The notes beneath the pieces are model-generated. The model did not search any database. It was not told where the DNA came from and saw only the letters and a program-made list of their open reading frames with translations. Shown piece by piece: positions 48,778 through 57,780 of a DNA stretch of 64,000 nucleotides (the stretch's first letter is position 1; every line of letters starts with the position of its first letter). The stretch lies in the NCBI GenBank assembly GCA_965197905.1, contig CBDAOB010000003.1, positions 128,001-192,000 on the forward strand, written 5' to 3'. The translations under genes and the position numbers were made by a program. Origin of the DNA: Candidatus Latescibacterota bacterium (GTDB lineage Bacteria > Latescibacterota > UBA2968 > UBA8231).

Positions 48778-48987
48778 TCATGGTTCGGCAACGATCTCCG
48801 AGCGCTCGCAGGCTAACCCGTTGCAAAGGCGCGTGACGATCTCTTCCTCTACCTCCGATTCGTTGCCAACAAGGATCTGCGTGAGGCGGTCGTAGCTTAT
48901 GCCCACAAGGTTTGCCACCTGGTGTTTGAAGAGGAAGTTGCGGCGCAGCATCACGCTCCGAATCGCTTCCACATCCAGTTTGGCCAT
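48778..48987 (-). CDS. Small Cro/C1-type HTH protein
   Basis: QVANLVGISYDRLTQIL...RLCNGLAC.RSEIV pattern. Confidence 0.65.
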   Translation of the reverse strand: MAKLDVEAIRSVMLRRNFLFKHQVANLVGISYDRLTQILVGNESEVEEEIVTRLCNGLACERSEIVAEP

Positions 48988-49117
48988 GCCTGAAAGATAG
49001 GTATTCGCGAGTCTCCGTCTCCACAGCCCTCCACGGGGCAGCAGCCGTCCGTAAAGCTGCAGCGGCGGCCAGCCTGCTTGATTCAGTCGTATACGCTCAT
49101 GGCCGCGGCCGGACCGA

Positions 49118-50005
49118 CTAGAATTCGTGGCGTTTGCGGGGAATGTGGTTCTTGGGCTCCATCGGCGGACGGGCTAGGGTTTCAGCGTCATCCTCGATGA
49201 GCGGCCGGCTGGAGACATAAGGCGGTTCCAATACCGCTTTCTGCACCTCGGTGAGGTCGTCGAACCACTCCGGCATCTCGGTTTCGTAGATCCCGGTGCC
49301 AAAGCTGCAGAACTTGGGGCTATAATGGTACATCAGCGAGCGACGTTCGTAATCCAATTTCCAGGGCAGCGATCCGTGGATCGTCGTCTCCATGAAGATT
49401 ACCAGGTCGCCCGCCTTACATCCGATGTTGCGCACCGCTTCTTTGTCGGTGTTGTGGAGCATGATGTCTTCCGGACACTTGAAGTTGGCCTTGTGGCTGC
49501 CGGGCATGACCGTCACCCCGCCCATGCCCTCCTCGACATCCCTCAGCTGATACTGAAAAATCGTCATGCCGGTGCGGAACTTCCCGTTGGCGTAGGTGTA
49601 ATGCTGGGCGCCATCGTACTGCCGGCTGGTATAGCCGTGCAGACCGTGACCACCACACCCTTTGCGCGCCATGATGATGCTGGGTCCACGCTCCAGCCGC
49701 CAGCCACGGCCGAACAGCGAGTTGAGGTACGGGATCGCCTTCGGATACGCCATCAGGTTGCGAAACGGCTGGCACCAGGGCTGTTCCCAGGTGAGCATTC
49801 CGTGGGCGGTGCGAATGCTGTACTCCCCATCCATGCCACCGGCGTACTGATTGGGTCCGGTCCACTCGTATTCCTCCATCGGCACGACGTTGGCATCCAC
49901 CGCGTCGTTGAGGGCCTTAACCTCTTCAGCGGTGAGGAGATTCTTGACGTGCAGAAAGCCTTGTAAGTCAAAGAGAAACTTCTCGCGCTCGGTCATTTCC
50001 AGCAT
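49118..50005 (-). CDS. PhyH-family protein lacking the canonical HxD
   Basis: FLFDLQGFL, MPGSHKAN, KAGDLVIF, HGSLPW and ERRS; LHGY at the HxD position. Confidence 0.85.
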   Translation of the reverse strand: MLEMTEREKFLFDLQGFLHVKNLLTAEEVKALNDAVDANVVPMEEYEWTGPNQYAGGMDGEYSIRTAHGMLTWEQPWCQPFRNLMAYPKAIPYLNSLFGRGWRLERGPSIIMARKGCGGHGLHGYTSRQYDGAQHYTYANGKFRTGMTIFQYQLRDVEEGMGGVTVMPGSHKANFKCPEDIMLHNTDKEAVRNIGCKAGDLVIFMETTIHGSLPWKLDYERRSLMYHYSPKFCSFGTGIYETEMPEWFDDLTEVQKAVLEPPYVSSRPLIEDDAETLARPPMEPKNHIPRKRHEF

Positions 50006-50059
50006 GATCTATCTCCTCACGTGCCCATGGACGTTGTGGTGGCCGCTGCGTAGTCTACC

Positions 50060-50149
50060 GAGGTGCTAGCCCTCAACGAAGCCATAGACGCCAACCAAGA
50101 CAAGGGCGTGAATGACGGCGTCAACGTGGCCGGGGCTTTGAGGAAGTGA
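50060..50149 (+). pseudogene. Short PhyH-family gene fragment
   Basis: EVLALNEAIDANQDK aligns with EVKALNDAVDAN of 49118..50005. Confidence 0.55.
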
Positions 50150-50167
50150 GTGAAGAGTGAGTGTCTA

Positions 50168-51145
50168 ATGGATTACCGAAAGGTTGGGAACAGCGGTGTG
50201 CAAGTCTCAAGCATCTGTTTGGGAGCGGCATTTCGTGGGTTCACACACGGCCGAACCGACGAGCAGACGAGTAGAAAAACCATAGAGCGGGCGGTCGATC
50301 TTGGGATAAACTTTATCGATTGTGCGAATTTCTATTTCGCTGGAAAATGTGAAGAGCTGCTGGGCGGCGTCCTCAAGGGAATGAAAAACAAACGGGATGA
50401 TCTCATCGTCACCAGCAAAGTCTGCAGCCCGATCGGTGAAGGTGTGAATGACCAGGGATTGTCTCGCTTTCACATCATGCGCGAGATCGATCGCAGCCTC
50501 AAACGTTTGCAGCTGTACCACGTGGACATTTATCTCCTGCACAACTTCGATCCGGAAACGCCGATGGAGGAGACCTTCCGTGCAATGGACGATGTAGTGA
50601 GTCAAGGCAAGGCGCGATATGTCGGCATCTGCAATTACAGTGCCGCCCAGGTCGTGGAGGCGTTGTGGACCTGCGATAAACAACATTTTGACCCGCCGTT
50701 GATCCTGCAGAACTGGTACAATCTGCTGAACCGGCGGGAGGTGGAGCCGGAAATCTTTACGCGATGCAATCAGCACGGTCTCGGTTTGATGACCTACAGC
50801 CCCATCGCCGTTGGTTTTCTGGCCGGACGAATCAGACGCGGCAAGGCCCTGCCGACAGATGCATTGCCGGTACAGAGGGACCGATTCGATGAGATGACGA
50901 CGGAACGGGCCGACGAGATCGTAACGGCACTGGTCGACATTGCTTTAGAGCTCGACAAAACACCGGTACAGGTAGCTTTCAACTGGATTCTAGGGCATCC
51001 CGAGGTTACGGCGGCCATCAGTGGGCCCGATCAACCCGAACATATCGAGGAAGTCTGTGGCTCCGTAGGTTGGTCCCTTCCAGAAGAAGCGAGAATGAGA
51101 TTGGACGATCTGTCAGCGCCAGAAGTGCCGGGAAGCGTCTTCTGA
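50168..51145 (+). CDS. Aldo/keto reductase
   Basis: YRKVGNSGVQVSSICLG, IDCANFY, SLKRLQ...DIYLLH, GKARYVG and YSPIAVG. Confidence 0.92.
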   Translation: MDYRKVGNSGVQVSSICLGAAFRGFTHGRTDEQTSRKTIERAVDLGINFIDCANFYFAGKCEELLGGVLKGMKNKRDDLIVTSKVCSPIGEGVNDQGLSRFHIMREIDRSLKRLQLYHVDIYLLHNFDPETPMEETFRAMDDVVSQGKARYVGICNYSAAQVVEALWTCDKQHFDPPLILQNWYNLLNRREVEPEIFTRCNQHGLGLMTYSPIAVGFLAGRIRRGKALPTDALPVQRDRFDEMTTERADEIVTALVDIALELDKTPVQVAFNWILGHPEVTAAISGPDQPEHIEEVCGSVGWSLPEEARMRLDDLSAPEVPGSVF

Positions 51146-51220
51146 ACAACTCGGTTGTATCGGCTACCTACGAGCAGCGCAAGGCAGATTCAACAACGAT
51201 CCATAAGCCTGGAGCCAACA

Positions 51221-51952
51221 ATGTCACAAATGAAAACACTCCGACAACGCATTAAGGAGGGTGAGGCGCTGGTCGCCTTCCGCCCCGAACTGTCGATGAC
51301 CAAGAGCCAGCTGGAAGATATATGGTCGACGGGCAGGTACGACTATATGCGCATCGACATTCAGCACGGGCCCTTCAGCGAGAAGCAGCTGGTGGATTTC
51401 TGCAGGACGGCTGAAGAGTTGGACATCGACGTGCAGCTGCGCATCCCACACACCCGCGAGGCCTACCTGGTCGGACGCTATCTCGACCTTGGATTCAGCG
51501 CGGTTCTGGTTCCGGAAGTCATGGAACCCGAGACGGTAGATGACGCTATTGCGTATGCCTACTACGGGCCGACCGGACGACGCAGCTGGGGCGGAGCCTT
51601 TCGCCGCGGTTTGAGCAGCGTAGAGACGGATCGGCTCACCTATGCCGCCTGGTGGAACGAGTATGTCGTTTTAGCTATTCAAGTGGAATCTGTCGAAGCG
51701 GTGACGAATGTTCGAAAACTGGCCAAGCCAGGGGTACATGTCGTCACCTTCGGACCCAACGATCTCTCATTCAGCCTGGACGATCATCCGGAGTATCCGC
51801 TGCGAACCGTCGACGACTGCATGCGCAATGTGGCGGCCCAGTTGGCCGGTACGGATGTGCGGCTGGCCATGGGCACGGACACGCAGCCGGAAGAGCGGGA
51901 CAAGTATCTGGAGATCGGAATTACACTGTTTCAGGAAGACTTGCCATCTTAA
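51221..51952 (+). CDS. HpcH/HpaI aldolase family protein
   Basis: IDIQHGP, LDLG..AVLVP, YGPTGRRSWG, QVES and FGPNDLS. Confidence 0.88.
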   Translation: MSQMKTLRQRIKEGEALVAFRPELSMTKSQLEDIWSTGRYDYMRIDIQHGPFSEKQLVDFCRTAEELDIDVQLRIPHTREAYLVGRYLDLGFSAVLVPEVMEPETVDDAIAYAYYGPTGRRSWGGAFRRGLSSVETDRLTYAAWWNEYVVLAIQVESVEAVTNVRKLAKPGVHVVTFGPNDLSFSLDDHPEYPLRTVDDCMRNVAAQLAGTDVRLAMGTDTQPEERDKYLEIGITLFQEDLPS

Positions 51953-52032
51953 GGATGGAAACCAGACGCGGCCGATCCGCAAACCTTTTCAGGAATGCCG
52001 AACTTCGGCGAGAAAGAGAGTGCCGGCCGGCT

Positions 52033-53514
52033 CTACCTCGGGCGCGACGCGGTATGGAATTCTGGAAGCTTTTCCCAAAGTGATCCGCGGTGGTGGGGTA
52101 TGTGAAAGTCCCAGTACGCCGTTACCTCCTCCTCGCGGCCGCAGAACAGTGCATAAATCCTGGCGTTTGATGCCGTCACGCGCAGCCGAATCCAGGGTCC
52201 TGCCGGCGCCGCAGGGGACGGATCGCTCTTCCACCGGATGGGGTGGCGCACGGAATCGCCGGTGAGAGGCAGACAGTTGCCGAGCTCGAATCCGGCGAAA
52301 GGTTTGCCGTCGACGTCGGCGATTTCCACCCGAACTTCGCCGCCGTCTCCCACATCAGCGTTCACATAGAACTGCGGATCCTGCGCACGCATCGGTCGCG
52401 TCAGCAGCTGGCACGGAGCAGCCGCTGCGGTTAGGGAGACGAAGCGGTCCGGCTTCAGTGAGGCGAAACCGATCCCGGTGCGGGGCTCGGGTCGGTCCCA
52501 TGCGGGAGCGCCGTGACCGGTTCGGCTGCCGGCGTAATAAAACCTGATCTCGTCTTCCAGGAACACGAGGTTGGACGCCATTTGAATGCTGCCGCATTCC
52601 CACGAGCCTTCGGCGCCGAGAGGAATGAGGGGTTCGCCAAGCGCCATACGGTGCCAGGCGTACCCGCCTGCGCCCGACAGCGTTGGCCAGCCGAAGGATG
52701 CGCCGCCGCGGCAGTAAGCCAGCTCGGGCACCTGTTTTCCGCCTTTGGTTTTGTAATAGCCCATATCCTCGGGTGCGGTGCGATAGACCCAAAGGGTCCC
52801 TAGCTCGAAGCCTCCATACGGCGTTGCACCCAGTCCATAAAACTGGGTTTGCACCGGATCCTTGGGGCCGGGCTCGAGCACCATCCGCGTCTCCGACCAG
52901 TGCACAAAATCCCACGATTCAACCCGGGCGACGCGGCGGTCGCCGCCCTCGGGCCGGGTGTAGACCACATAACGGCCGTCGTGGGCTCGATGCAGCGACA
53001 TGGGACAGTCCGGATTGGTGGTAATGACCGGGTTTTCGGTTGCCTGGGTCCAATGGATCCCGTCGGGGCTGCGGTAGGGCGTTATGTTGCCGGTGGGTCC
53101 CGCTCCCACCAACATCTTATAGAGCCAACCCTGCCGGTGTTCCCGTTCGTCGAACAGCACCGTGAGGCCGCGCTCGTCGCCGGCCATCAGGACATTCGTT
53201 TTCTGCCCGCCATGGGTGACCAGGTCGAGATCGGGCCGGGTCCAGTTAAGGCCGTCCTCGCTCTCGGCGTAGGCGATCAAGATGCCACCCAGATCGGGGT
53301 TCTGGGTGGTGTACCACATCTGCCAAAGTCCATCCTCGGGCCGGCGGGTGACCGATCCATAGAGGGACAGGCGATCGGATTCGAGCGGCCGGTCCGAAAC
53401 CATGATCGGATTCCCGGCATGTTTGGTGGGAGGTTCCAAGGCGCGGACAAATCCTTCCACGCTCTCGAGGTCGCTGTAGTCGAAGAAGAGCAGTTTTATC
53501 ACCATGGCAGTCAT
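52033..53514 (-). CDS. GH32-like beta-propeller hydrolase-like protein
   Basis: AYAESEDGLNWTRPDL, SPDGIHW, SWDFVHWS and KPDRFVSL; the start may be 53505. Confidence 0.7.
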   Translation of the reverse strand: MTAMVIKLLFFDYSDLESVEGFVRALEPPTKHAGNPIMVSDRPLESDRLSLYGSVTRRPEDGLWQMWYTTQNPDLGGILIAYAESEDGLNWTRPDLDLVTHGGQKTNVLMAGDERGLTVLFDEREHRQGWLYKMLVGAGPTGNITPYRSPDGIHWTQATENPVITTNPDCPMSLHRAHDGRYVVYTRPEGGDRRVARVESWDFVHWSETRMVLEPGPKDPVQTQFYGLGATPYGGFELGTLWVYRTAPEDMGYYKTKGGKQVPELAYCRGGASFGWPTLSGAGGYAWHRMALGEPLIPLGAEGSWECGSIQMASNLVFLEDEIRFYYAGSRTGHGAPAWDRPEPRTGIGFASLKPDRFVSLTAAAAPCQLLTRPMRAQDPQFYVNADVGDGGEVRVEIADVDGKPFAGFELGNCLPLTGDSVRHPIRWKSDPSPAAPAGPWIRLRVTASNARIYALFCGREEEVTAYWDFHIPHHRGSLWEKLPEFHTASRPR

Positions 53515-53580
53515 CCCCGTCTAGTCACAGAATGGTACGATCGCTTTTGCTACTGCGTAATAGCCTGGTCGGCGGCCACT

Positions 53581-53643
53581 GAATGCCCCCAAGCCCAGGA
53601 CGGGAACTCCCGGTCCGTTTCTTCCCAGTTGTCGATGTTTCAT
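53581..53643 (-). pseudogene. N-terminal stump of an aldo/keto reductase
   Basis: AGGAG RBS followed by MKHRQLGRNGPGVPVLGLGA, then loss of homology. Confidence 0.65.
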
Positions 53644-53729
53644 CGTTTGCTTTCTCCTTGCGATCGTGGGTATGGATCGATAAAGGAGTTTTTTCGGACC
53701 TTGTAGCAAGGTTTAAACAGGATAAAGCG

Positions 53730-55349
53730 ATGAATGCAACGAGACAGGAAGCCCGCTGGCGCACAAGGCGTATCATCTACAACAACGATGGCGATGATGT
53801 GATCCAGGCGAACAGCAGCCACGACCGGGAGGAAGAGTTGCTGGTCCGCGGCACCGGTGAGCTTATCGACGAATTCCTGGAAGCCCGTACCGCGCCATTG
53901 ATCGGAACCCAGGTGGACAGTAGTTGGTACTGCAGCTGCATGGCGGGACAAACCTTTTCCCACAACACCAGACTGGGTGGATTCTACGGCAAAGGCATTC
54001 CTCAGGAACTGGTGAGCCAGTACGGACGGGACAGCCTGCAGATCCAGACCGATTTCTGCCACGAACAGGGCATGGAGGCGTTCTGGTCGCTGCGCATGAA
54101 CGACGGCCACGATGCCCATCCGCCGGGTACGCGGCGCTGGACCTACGGCCTGGCGCCGTTCAAGCGGGACCATCCGGAATACCTCATGGGCGAGCCCGAA
54201 GACTGGGACAAGTATGAGGACGGGAGGCGTTCCTGGTCACATCTCGATTTCAGTCTTCCAGAAGTCCGGGATCACATAGTCGCGGTGATCGAGGAAGTGT
54301 GCCGGGGATACGACGTTGACGGGGTCGAGCTGGATTTTCTCAGGAGCTATCCGTATTTCCGGGAAACACGGGAGATGCTTCCAGCGCACGAAGATCACCT
54401 TGCGATGATGACCGATTTGGTGCGAAGAGTTCGCACCCTGGCCGATGAGGTGGCTGCGGAACGGGGTCGGCCCCTGCTGGTGGCCGCGCGCACGCCGTAT
54501 ACGATCGCGGATGCCCGCTTTATCGGCCTCGATCTGGCAACCTGGCTGGATGAAGATCTGCTGGACCTGTTCATCCCCGGCGGGGCCTCCGAATCGCGAA
54601 TGAGCGAATCGTTCGCCGAGGCCGTGGAGCTGGGGCACCAACACGAGATTCCGGTCTATCCCTGCATCGACTGGGGTTTCTGGAACCACTGGGCTTATCT
54701 CGCGCTATCCGAGGAACGATACCCGACCCACGGAGATTGGCTGCAATCCCTGCGCCAGGAGAAGAAGTCGCACGCCATTGCCATCAATGGCTGGCAGGGC
54801 ACCCTGCCCAGCTGGCGCGCCGCCGCTGCAAACCTCCTCAATGCAGGAGCTGACGGCATCTACACCTTCAATGGCTTCTTTGCCGGCTCCGAGGTCTGGA
54901 ACGAGATCGGGTCGCTGGAACCCATGGCGGGAAAAACGAAGCTGTTCGGCATTGATCAGTTTGGGGGTGAATCGAGTTTCTCGTCATCTTTCTCGTCATC
55001 AAAAGATAGCCGGCGCGTCGCGGTGAAGCCGGGCGCACCCCTGCGCGCGCACTTTCAGGTCGGCGAGGATCCCACTTCCAGTACTTCGCTGCATTTTCGT
55101 CTTCACCTGTGGGAGCTGACAGCTAGGGACGAGCTGCGAATTGCACTCAACGGCGAATTTATCGAAGGTCTGCACCCGTCGGCGGATCTCGGTTCGGACC
55201 CCTGCGGATGCTGGCTGGGAACCAACGTTGGCAAGCAGCTGGTAAGAAGAGGGAACAACGACCTGGAGATACACCTGGACCGCCGCAACGAAGCGCTTTC
55301 GTCAGATTTGATCTTAGACGGTGTGCAGCTGGAAATGCGGTTCGATTAG
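53730..55349 (+). CDS. Glycoside hydrolase-like (GHL10/DUF187-like) protein
   Basis: RRIIYNNDGDD, SLRMND.HD, YDVDGVELDF and GADGIYTFN; paralog of 1..1411. Confidence 0.8.
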   Translation: MNATRQEARWRTRRIIYNNDGDDVIQANSSHDREEELLVRGTGELIDEFLEARTAPLIGTQVDSSWYCSCMAGQTFSHNTRLGGFYGKGIPQELVSQYGRDSLQIQTDFCHEQGMEAFWSLRMNDGHDAHPPGTRRWTYGLAPFKRDHPEYLMGEPEDWDKYEDGRRSWSHLDFSLPEVRDHIVAVIEEVCRGYDVDGVELDFLRSYPYFRETREMLPAHEDHLAMMTDLVRRVRTLADEVAAERGRPLLVAARTPYTIADARFIGLDLATWLDEDLLDLFIPGGASESRMSESFAEAVELGHQHEIPVYPCIDWGFWNHWAYLALSEERYPTHGDWLQSLRQEKKSHAIAINGWQGTLPSWRAAAANLLNAGADGIYTFNGFFAGSEVWNEIGSLEPMAGKTKLFGIDQFGGESSFSSSFSSSKDSRRVAVKPGAPLRAHFQVGEDPTSSTSLHFRLHLWELTARDELRIALNGEFIEGLHPSADLGSDPCGCWLGTNVGKQLVRRGNNDLEIHLDRRNEALSSDLILDGVQLEMRFD

Positions 55350-55366
55350 CAGGTAGGAGGATCGAT

Positions 55367-56572
55367 ATGGAAAAAGCGTACAAGGTTCGCGCGATCCGGT
55401 GCAGTCACAAAGCATCGCAGGAAGAGATCTACGAACGGCTCAAGACGATCACTAGCCCGCTGACACGCTCGTGGGAGAAGATCGAGAAGGCTCGCCGGGT
55501 AGGGATCAAGGTCAACATGCAGATGCGCACGGATGAGATCCGCCGCATCGGGGGCCGGCGGCAGGAGCTGGTGGACGAGGATGTGCTGCGCGCCTCGTTG
55601 CGGCTGTTGAGGGATCGTACAGACGCGGAGATCTTCGTGCTCGATACCAGCATGTCGCCGGCCGGTCAACGTCCTGGGGAGGATTTCAATATGGCGCCGA
55701 TCTTCGAGGAGTTCGGCATCCCGTATGTGGAGGCGGGGGATCCGCCGTTCGAGCGCTACCAGGTGCCGGGAGGCGGGGCGATGTTCTCGGAGTATCAGCT
55801 GTCGGCGGCGTTGGGCACGGCGGACGCGTTCGTGTCGATCGCCAAGATGAAGAACCACGGCTTCATGGGCATCACCCTTTGTCTCAAGAACCTGTTCGGC
55901 CTGCCGCCGATCCCGCCCCACGGCCGCTTGCGGACCTACTATCACCACGTGATCCGGCTTTCCAACGTGCTACCGGACCTGGGCATGATCGCCGATCCGT
56001 GCCTCAACATCATCGATGCGCTCACGGGACAGGCGCGGAGGGAGTGGGGCGGCGAAGGCCGCATCTGCGATGCCCTCATCGCCGGCGACCATGTGATCGC
56101 CACCGATGCGTGCGGCACCTATCTGATGGGCACGGATCCCACGCTTGATTATCCACATCCTCCGTATCGTCGCGACCGCAGTCCGATCGTGGTAGCGGCG
56201 GAACACGGGTTTGGTACGGTGAATCTGGAGGAGATCAATTTCGACGCGGGCGAGCTGGCGCCGCCGCTGGCGGAATTCGATTCTGCGGACCTGGTGCCGA
56301 GCGAGAAGATCCGGAATCTGCGGCGGACGGCAAGCGAACAGGCGTTATTCTACCGGGAAAACCGGGAGGGCTTGTGCGAGCGGTACGGGGGGTCGTTCAT
56401 TTTCCTGCAGCGCGGCCAAGTGGTCTGGAGCGGCCCCGAGCCGCATAACGCGGGGACGGTTGAAAAGGTGAGTGGGGGAAAGGATGAGGCGGTGTGGTTG
56501 AAGCTGGTCGATCCGGAGGAGAGGGAAGGTGAGCGGATGCAGGCCTATGAGGGGGCGTTGAGAGGTTGCTAG
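55367..56572 (+). CDS. DUF362 domain protein
   Basis: IKVN, VSIAKMKNHGFMGITLCLKNLFG, IIDAL and D.IATD; AGGAGG RBS. Confidence 0.85.
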   Translation: MEKAYKVRAIRCSHKASQEEIYERLKTITSPLTRSWEKIEKARRVGIKVNMQMRTDEIRRIGGRRQELVDEDVLRASLRLLRDRTDAEIFVLDTSMSPAGQRPGEDFNMAPIFEEFGIPYVEAGDPPFERYQVPGGGAMFSEYQLSAALGTADAFVSIAKMKNHGFMGITLCLKNLFGLPPIPPHGRLRTYYHHVIRLSNVLPDLGMIADPCLNIIDALTGQARREWGGEGRICDALIAGDHVIATDACGTYLMGTDPTLDYPHPPYRRDRSPIVVAAEHGFGTVNLEEINFDAGELAPPLAEFDSADLVPSEKIRNLRRTASEQALFYRENREGLCERYGGSFIFLQRGQVVWSGPEPHNAGTVEKVSGGKDEAVWLKLVDPEEREGERMQAYEGALRGC

Positions 56573-56593
56573 GCCTCAGCCGGCGGCGAAGAC

Positions 56594-56964
56594 TCAGAGC
56601 CCTTTTGTCATTCGATAGAACTTCAAGCCCGGTATAGGCAATCGCTGCGGCCACTGCGACTCGACGTTCATCCCGCGGCGCTCGTAGAATTGGCGAGCTC
56701 CCTCATTCTTAGCTGAGACGTCGAGGGATAGTCGAGTTGATCCGCTCGCACGAGCCCGCTCTTCAAAGGAGTCCATCAAAACGGAGCCGACGCCATCAGG
56801 TCGTGGTCGGGCTGGGCGAACGCCGTGGCGATTATGCACTCGGCGCGGCGACCGAGCATAAATCGAAAGAACCCCTCGGCTGCTTCGTCAGCGTAGCGGG
56901 CAAATGCCAGACCTTCATCGAATGTGGGGTTGGCGGCCCTTAGGACTATCGAATGCCGATCCAT
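56594..56964 (-). pseudogene. GNAT acetyltransferase, internally deleted and frameshifted
   Basis: The N-part (MDRHSIV...PDHDL) and C-part (GVGSVLM...LSLDV..KNEGARQFYERRG) are in different frames, joined at ~56797. Confidence 0.75.
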
Positions 56965-56977
56965 GTGGTCCTTCTAC

Positions 56978-57029
56978 GACGAACGCCGCGGATGCAGGCG
57001 CGCATCCGGCCGAGGCACATATGTTAGTC
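56978..57029 (-). repeat. Degenerate attC-like site
   Basis: Minus strand GACTAAC...CGGATGC-N6-GCATCCG-CGGC-GTTCGTC, followed by an RBS and the GNAT ATG 13 nt later. Confidence 0.45.
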
Positions 57030-57092
57030 ATCTCACGTATTCCCTAGCATCGTACGTCTTTGCATTCACCCAGAGTGGATTCATGCCTGCTG

Positions 57093-57560
57093 CTAAAGTG
57101 GTGGCCCCACGAACTCCTGTCCGTGTTCCTGCGCGATCGTGGCCATTGACTCCGCATCAAGAGTACCGGCTTCAAGGGCCGCATAGAAGGCCCGAAACAT
57201 GTCCTCGACGCTCCGGGCTGGGGAAAAGACGTAGCGTAGTCGGCCACTGGTATCCCCAACGTTCTTGAACGCGTGAATCGTACCTTGGGGAACGAACGCA
57301 ACGTCGCCTGGCCCCATGTGGTGCAATACACCGGCGACTTCCACGTCGAAGCGCCCCTCAACGAAGAAGAACGTCTCGTCCTGTTCATGGTGGATATGGC
57401 GGCCAGGTCCAACTCCCGGCTCGACGATGTCCTCGAAGACGGCGTGGGTTCCCCCGGTATGCTGCCCCGAGAGCAGAATCTTGAGAATAATGGCGCCGGG
57501 AAATACTAATGTCTCCGCTTCGGCATAACGTGTATGGTTCGGCTCCATCAAGCCCTCCAT
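57093..57560 (-). CDS. Cupin domain protein
   Basis: PGRHIHHEQDETFFFVEG and GDVAFVPQGTIHAFKN. Confidence 0.88.
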   Translation of the reverse strand: MEGLMEPNHTRYAEAETLVFPGAIILKILLSGQHTGGTHAVFEDIVEPGVGPGRHIHHEQDETFFFVEGRFDVEVAGVLHHMGPGDVAFVPQGTIHAFKNVGDTSGRLRYVFSPARSVEDMFRAFYAALEAGTLDAESMATIAQEHGQEFVGPPL

Positions 57561-57619
57561 GTCTTCTTGGTGACTCGGTGAAGCTGCCCCTTAGCCGGTG
57601 AGACGGTCAGGTACCGCCT

Positions 57620-57673
57620 GGATAACGTGGGCATCACCTGGGGCAAAGCCGTCTGGTGAATGCAATGTTGTGC
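57620..57673 (-). repeat. attC site (integron cassette recombination site)
   Basis: Minus strand GCACAAC-ATTGC-ATTCACC-AGACGGCTTTGCCCCA-GGTGAT-GCCCAC-GTTATCC: AAC/GTT cores, 5- and 6-nt spacers, L boxes with one extrahelical base. Confidence 0.75.
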
Positions 57674-57780
57674 ATTTGAGCCAATCCCCGGAACCGAAGG
57701 CAAATCGTCACGGCAGCAGGGTGTCTTTGCCTTCGATATAGACGACGTAGCTGTGGGCACTCCTGGTATGTAGGCGCTGA

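Noticed and set aside
57695..57735. 10-bp inverted repeat CGAAGGCAAA/TTTGCCTTCG as an additional attC
   Set aside because: Lacks AAC/GTT cores; at most a hairpin after the SDR gene.
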